Shown here piece after piece: positions 60,391 to 64,000 of a stretch of 64,000 bases of DNA; within the stretch, counting starts at the first letter, position 1, and each line of letters starts with the position of its first letter. This stretch comes from Planktothrix sp. GU0601_MAG3 (GTDB lineage: Bacteria; Cyanobacteriota; Cyanobacteriia; Cyanobacteriales; Microcoleaceae), in the NCBI GenBank assembly GCA_035193785.1, contig CP136572.1:2996578-3060577 (forward strand). The letters are read 5' to 3'. The notes below the pieces were generated by a model. The model did no database searches. It was given only the letters and a program-made list of their open reading frames with translations, and was not told the origin of the DNA. The position numbers and the translations under genes were made by a program.

Positions 60391-62029
60391 TTATTGTTTT
60401 CCCGGTGAGGGGGCATCGGTCTTGGGTTGCTGTTTTTGATCCATAATGGGTGTACCATCTCGTAACTTGACCACGCCATCTATAACCACTTTTTCTCCGG
60501 TTTTTAAACCCGAGCGAACTTCAAAGCTCTGACCTTGAATACTGCCCAACTGCACGGGTTTTTGTCTGGCGATTAATTGAGTTTTCCCATCCTGGGTTTG
60601 TTCTTGGGCAACAAATACAAAACTTTGATCGCCAATCCGACTAATGGAGGTTACGGGAACGGTAATTCCCGATTGTTGTTCCCAGATTACCTTAGCTCGG
60701 ACAATTTGATCGGTTCGCAGTCGATTATTGCGGTTATCATAAAGGGCTTTGACTAAAATGGTTTGGGTTCCTGTCCCGGCACTCGGGGCGATATAGGAGA
60801 CCTGGGAGTTGCCGATTAATTCTCCGGTTTCTTGAGATCTAAGCTCGACTAAAGTTCCAGCCCTAATTTGAGAGAGGCGTTCAATCGGAATATTAATTTG
60901 AACTTCTAATAAATCATTTTGTCGAATGGTGGTAATTGTAGTTTGACTATCGACAAAATCTCCGGCTTTTACTAATACCTCCCCTACGATTCCATCAATC
61001 GGGGAATTGATTTGATAATATCCTAATTGGATTTGTCCGGCTGTTGCGGTTGACCGAGCTTGGTCAATATCGCGCTGGAGTCGTTGGATTTCTGATTCTT
61101 GAGCCTGAATTACTTTTTCTTGACTGGCGATTTGAGCGCTCAGGGTTGAGACTTGACGATTATAATTCTGTGTGGCACTTTCAACTTTGGCCCCAGAAGC
61201 ATCGATCCGTCTTTGTTGCGTCTCAATTTGGCTATTTAAGGTGGAAATTTGACGTTCTAGGTTTTGTTGGGCGGTTTCTAACTTTCGCCTGAAGGGACAT
61301 AATCTCCCGTTCTTGAGCGGCAAAATCCGATTCCGTTGCTTGATAGTCGCGCAATTTTTGATCGTAGATTTCTGAGGATACGACCCCTTGGTCATACAGT
61401 TCTTTATAACGATCATAAGCTCTTTTTCGTTCATCCATAATCGCCCGTCGGCGATCGCGTTCATTGATTCCAACTAGGACATTTTCTTGGGCGGTTTTTA
61501 GCTCATCGGCGACGGAGGTATATTCTAATTCATACTCTAATCGCTGTTTTTCTTTTTTTTCCGCAGCTAGGCTTTGTTGAGCATCTTGTAAATCCGCTTC
61601 TTGGGATTGATAGGTAAGTTGGGCCTGTATTCGCTGTAATTCTGCTCGTTGGGCGTCCAGATTTGCCCTGGCGGTGTTGAGTTGTGCCATTCTGGACTCA
61701 ACGCTGGCCAATTGACCTTCATAATTCGCCTGTTGTTGGCGACCGTCAATTTGAATTAAGGGGGTATTTTGGGAAATGCGATCGCCTAAACGAACAAAAA
61801 CCTGTTTCACCCAGCCATTCACCCGGGGTTGAATTACGGCATTTTCAATTCCCTCGACCCTAGCATTGAATTCGCTCGTGTTTCTAACATTACTCATTCC
61901 CACCACGGCTAAATTCACGGATACGGGTGGAGGAGCAGCCGCCTGGGGTTCACTTCCACAAGCAGTCATCAGGAAGCTAGTTAGGATAAGAGGAAAATAG
62001 GAATTCCAAGATGCTGGATGCTTGTTCAT
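60391..62029 (-). CDS. RND periplasmic adaptor (lipoprotein) with a long coiled coil (+1 error at 61274)
   Basis: Lipobox MTAC, IQPRVNG, INSPIDG, GLKTGEKVVIDG. Confidence 0.9.
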
Positions 62030-62124
62030 GGTTTTGCCGGAAACGGGAAATAGAAAATAAACTCAATTGAGAATATTGGAAGTGTATTATATCGGGTATT
62101 TTGATAATTTTGGGATCGGCACAA

Positions 62125-62214
62125 TAATTCTTATCACTCAGTTTGATGATTTCAAAGAAGGGAACACCGGAACACCGGAACCAAAGTAATTCTTATCACT
62201 CAGTTTGATGATTT
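62125..62214. repeat. 28-bp direct repeat flanking (GGAACACC)n
   Basis: TAATTCTTATCACTCAGTTTGATGATTT at 62125-62152 and 62187-62214. Confidence 0.9.
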
Positions 62215-62840
62215 AAAGGAACTCTTGTAGTTAAATAAAATACCGCCCCAAATAAGGGAATTAAGCTAATCCACTCTAATATTACAGAATTTTTCATTTC
62301 TCGTCTAGCCCGATCATCTGTTAATAAAACCGGAAACAGAAGACTTAACAATACAAAGTCCAGACTCATAACGTGGATAAAACGACTGGTTTGCCACTGT
62401 TGAATAAAATCTTCCCAATTGCCTTGAGTTAAACCATAACTCACCAGTCCCACCGTGACGATTGTTAATAATAGTCCGGTAATTCGAGAATCTAATATTT
62501 TTATAAACCATGATTCTTTTCCTAAAAATTGAGGGTTAGGTTGGCGCAAAGCTAGGTAAGGCAAAATCGCAAAAGCACCTACCCCAAAAGATAAGGTTGC
62601 AAACAACCAAGCCGGAGTTTTTTGCCCATGTCCATCAATAAACAGAACACAGCTATAAATTAACGGCCAAATTCCCATAATATTAAATAGGGCAATAATT
62701 AAAGGATTAATTCCTGTCCAGTTCCCCGTTGATAGATTTTTGATTAAATCCAAAGTCTCAGGTTGATCCGGCGGTGCAAAGATAAACGCATACAAAACAA
62801 ATCCCAACCAAATAAAACCGAAAATGATCTTGTTTTTCAT
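62196..62840 (-). CDS. Hypothetical multi-TM membrane protein
   Basis: About six hydrophobic segments; LFNIMGIWP, GAFAILPYLALR, FIHVMSLDF. Confidence 0.8.
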   Translation of the reverse strand: MKNKIIFGFIWLGFVLYAFIFAPPDQPETLDLIKNLSTGNWTGINPLIIALFNIMGIWPLIYSCVLFIDGHGQKTPAWLFATLSFGVGAFAILPYLALRQPNPQFLGKESWFIKILDSRITGLLLTIVTVGLVSYGLTQGNWEDFIQQWQTSRFIHVMSLDFVLLSLLFPVLLTDDRARREMKNSVILEWISLIPLFGAVFYLTTRVPLNHQTE

Positions 62841-62952
62841 AATAAAAATTAGGGCATTGAGCAGAGGTTATTTTGAGGAAATAGGCTTTTTCAGTTATCA
62901 GTCAAGACAAAGCAATGGGTCATTACAAATTACGAATGGGTAATGGGTAATA

Positions 62953-63022
62953 AACTTTTAACTGATGACTTTTAACTGATGACTTTCAACTGATGACTGT
63001 TAACTGATAACTGATGACTGAT
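62953..63022. repeat. ACTGATG/ACTGATA-based tandem repeats
   Basis: (ACTTTTAACTGATG)-like units followed by heptamers. Confidence 0.8.
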
Positions 63023-63376
63023 TTAGGGTAAAAATCGATCTAATGCTGTTTTTAATGCTTCAATTTCAACATCAATATTTCCTTCTTTTGCCGCCCTAGC
63101 CACACATTCACTCAAATGTTCATCTAAAATAATTCGAGATACCCGATCTAAAGCCCCTCGAATCGCGGCAATTTGGATTAAGACATCAGGACAAGGGCGA
63201 TTTTCCTGTACCATGGTTTTGACACCCCGAATATGTCCTTCCAAGCGTGATAGACGATTGACTATCTTTCGCAAAGATTCTTCACTATGAATATGGGGAT
63301 GGCTAGAATGTTCAGGATGATGATGATGTTCTAGCAAGTTGTTGAGTTCTTCGACTGTGGGCTCTAAGTCATTCAT
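63023..63376 (-). CDS. inrS: CsoR/RcnR-family nickel sensor, InrS-like
   Basis: His-rich N-terminus, H.H.EESL..IVNRLSRLEGH, RPCPDVLIQ, H...C. Confidence 0.85.
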   Translation of the reverse strand: MNDLEPTVEELNNLLEHHHHPEHSSHPHIHSEESLRKIVNRLSRLEGHIRGVKTMVQENRPCPDVLIQIAAIRGALDRVSRIILDEHLSECVARAAKEGNIDVEIEALKTALDRFLP

Positions 63377-63788
63377 CTGTTTGTTAATATACAATTGACA
63401 AATATTTAATGATTGTACCTCAATTCTCTATTTATGTACGCAATAGTTTATGATTAAAGGGTTTCACTGAAATAACAACCGTTGTTGTGCTTCAGAACTT
63501 CCTGGCCGTATTTGTATGAAATCAAGCAAAATCTTAAAATTTATATTAATATTTAAAATGGGGAAAAATAGAACGATTTTATACTAAATAATAGAATATA
63601 AACAATGTTTAGAGCTTGCTAAAGCAGCCCAATTTTTCATACTTTTTTATGAGCGTATTCTTTTTACTATTGGTGAGGAGTTAAATTTTTAGCAGCGATC
63701 ACCCCTTAAAGGAGTTTCAGTGCTACACTAAAATTACAGTATTGTTCGGTGGCAATTGCGTCATACCCTACTTGCAGGAGGAAAATAC

Positions 63789-63989
63789 ATGGTAACTACG
63801 CTCGAAATTGACAAAACTCTTCTTCAAAAAGCTCTTGATTTGAGTAACCATTCAACACCTACTACATTAATTGAAGCAGCTTTACGCGAGTATATTCAAC
63901 GTCGTAAACAACTAAAAATATTAGAATTGTTTGGTACTATTGACTACGATGAAGATTATAACTACAAGCAACAGCGACAAACCTTATGA
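63789..63989 (+). CDS. VapB-type antitoxin
   Basis: TLEIDKTLL..AL, EAALREYIQRRKQ..ILELFG.IDYD; AGGAGG RBS. Confidence 0.85.
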   Translation: MVTTLEIDKTLLQKALDLSNHSTPTTLIEAALREYIQRRKQLKILELFGTIDYDEDYNYKQQRQTL

Positions 63990-64000
63990 ATGTTCTTGTT
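63986..64000 (+). CDS. Probable start of a VapC/PIN toxin (truncated by window)
   Basis: ATGA overlap with the antitoxin stop; MNVLV. Confidence 0.5.

Overview
Chromosomal segment of a cyanobacterium. The evidence is abundant HIP1 GCGATCGC octamers, heptamer STRR repeats, and psbA, petP, opcA and labA; a filamentous Oscillatoriales/Planktothrix-like source is inference. Housekeeping content includes leuA, labA, groES-groEL (K-box and CIRCE), pgsA, a Crp-family regulator, cobT, tRNA-Leu(TAG), psbA, zwf-opcA, petP, a Get3d-like ATPase, alaS, a CemA-family gene, an RND efflux pair and inrS. A variable patch at about 14.7-23.6 kb around psbA holds toxin-antitoxin cassettes, duplicated gene-end scars, an HTH/NB-ARC protein and a ribosomal L7/L12-CTD fusion protein. 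Small mobile DNA includes GTAG-type REPs and a REP doublet, MITEs, and a 220-bp IS200/IS605 derivative that seems to keep only its ends and the RNA scaffold. The main signal is that nearly every broken gene, including alaS, groEL, psbA and zwf, is repaired by deleting one base from GAAAC/GTTTC to restore GAAC/GTTC. I found 32 such +1 sites, one +2 site and one GAAC duplication. These look like motif-specific consensus errors rather than pseudogenes. GAAC/GTTC is a known Dnd DNA phosphorothioation motif, so the errors may be a footprint of a backbone modification. No dnd genes lie in this window, so this remains a hypothesis. CDS coordinates below are for the repaired genes.
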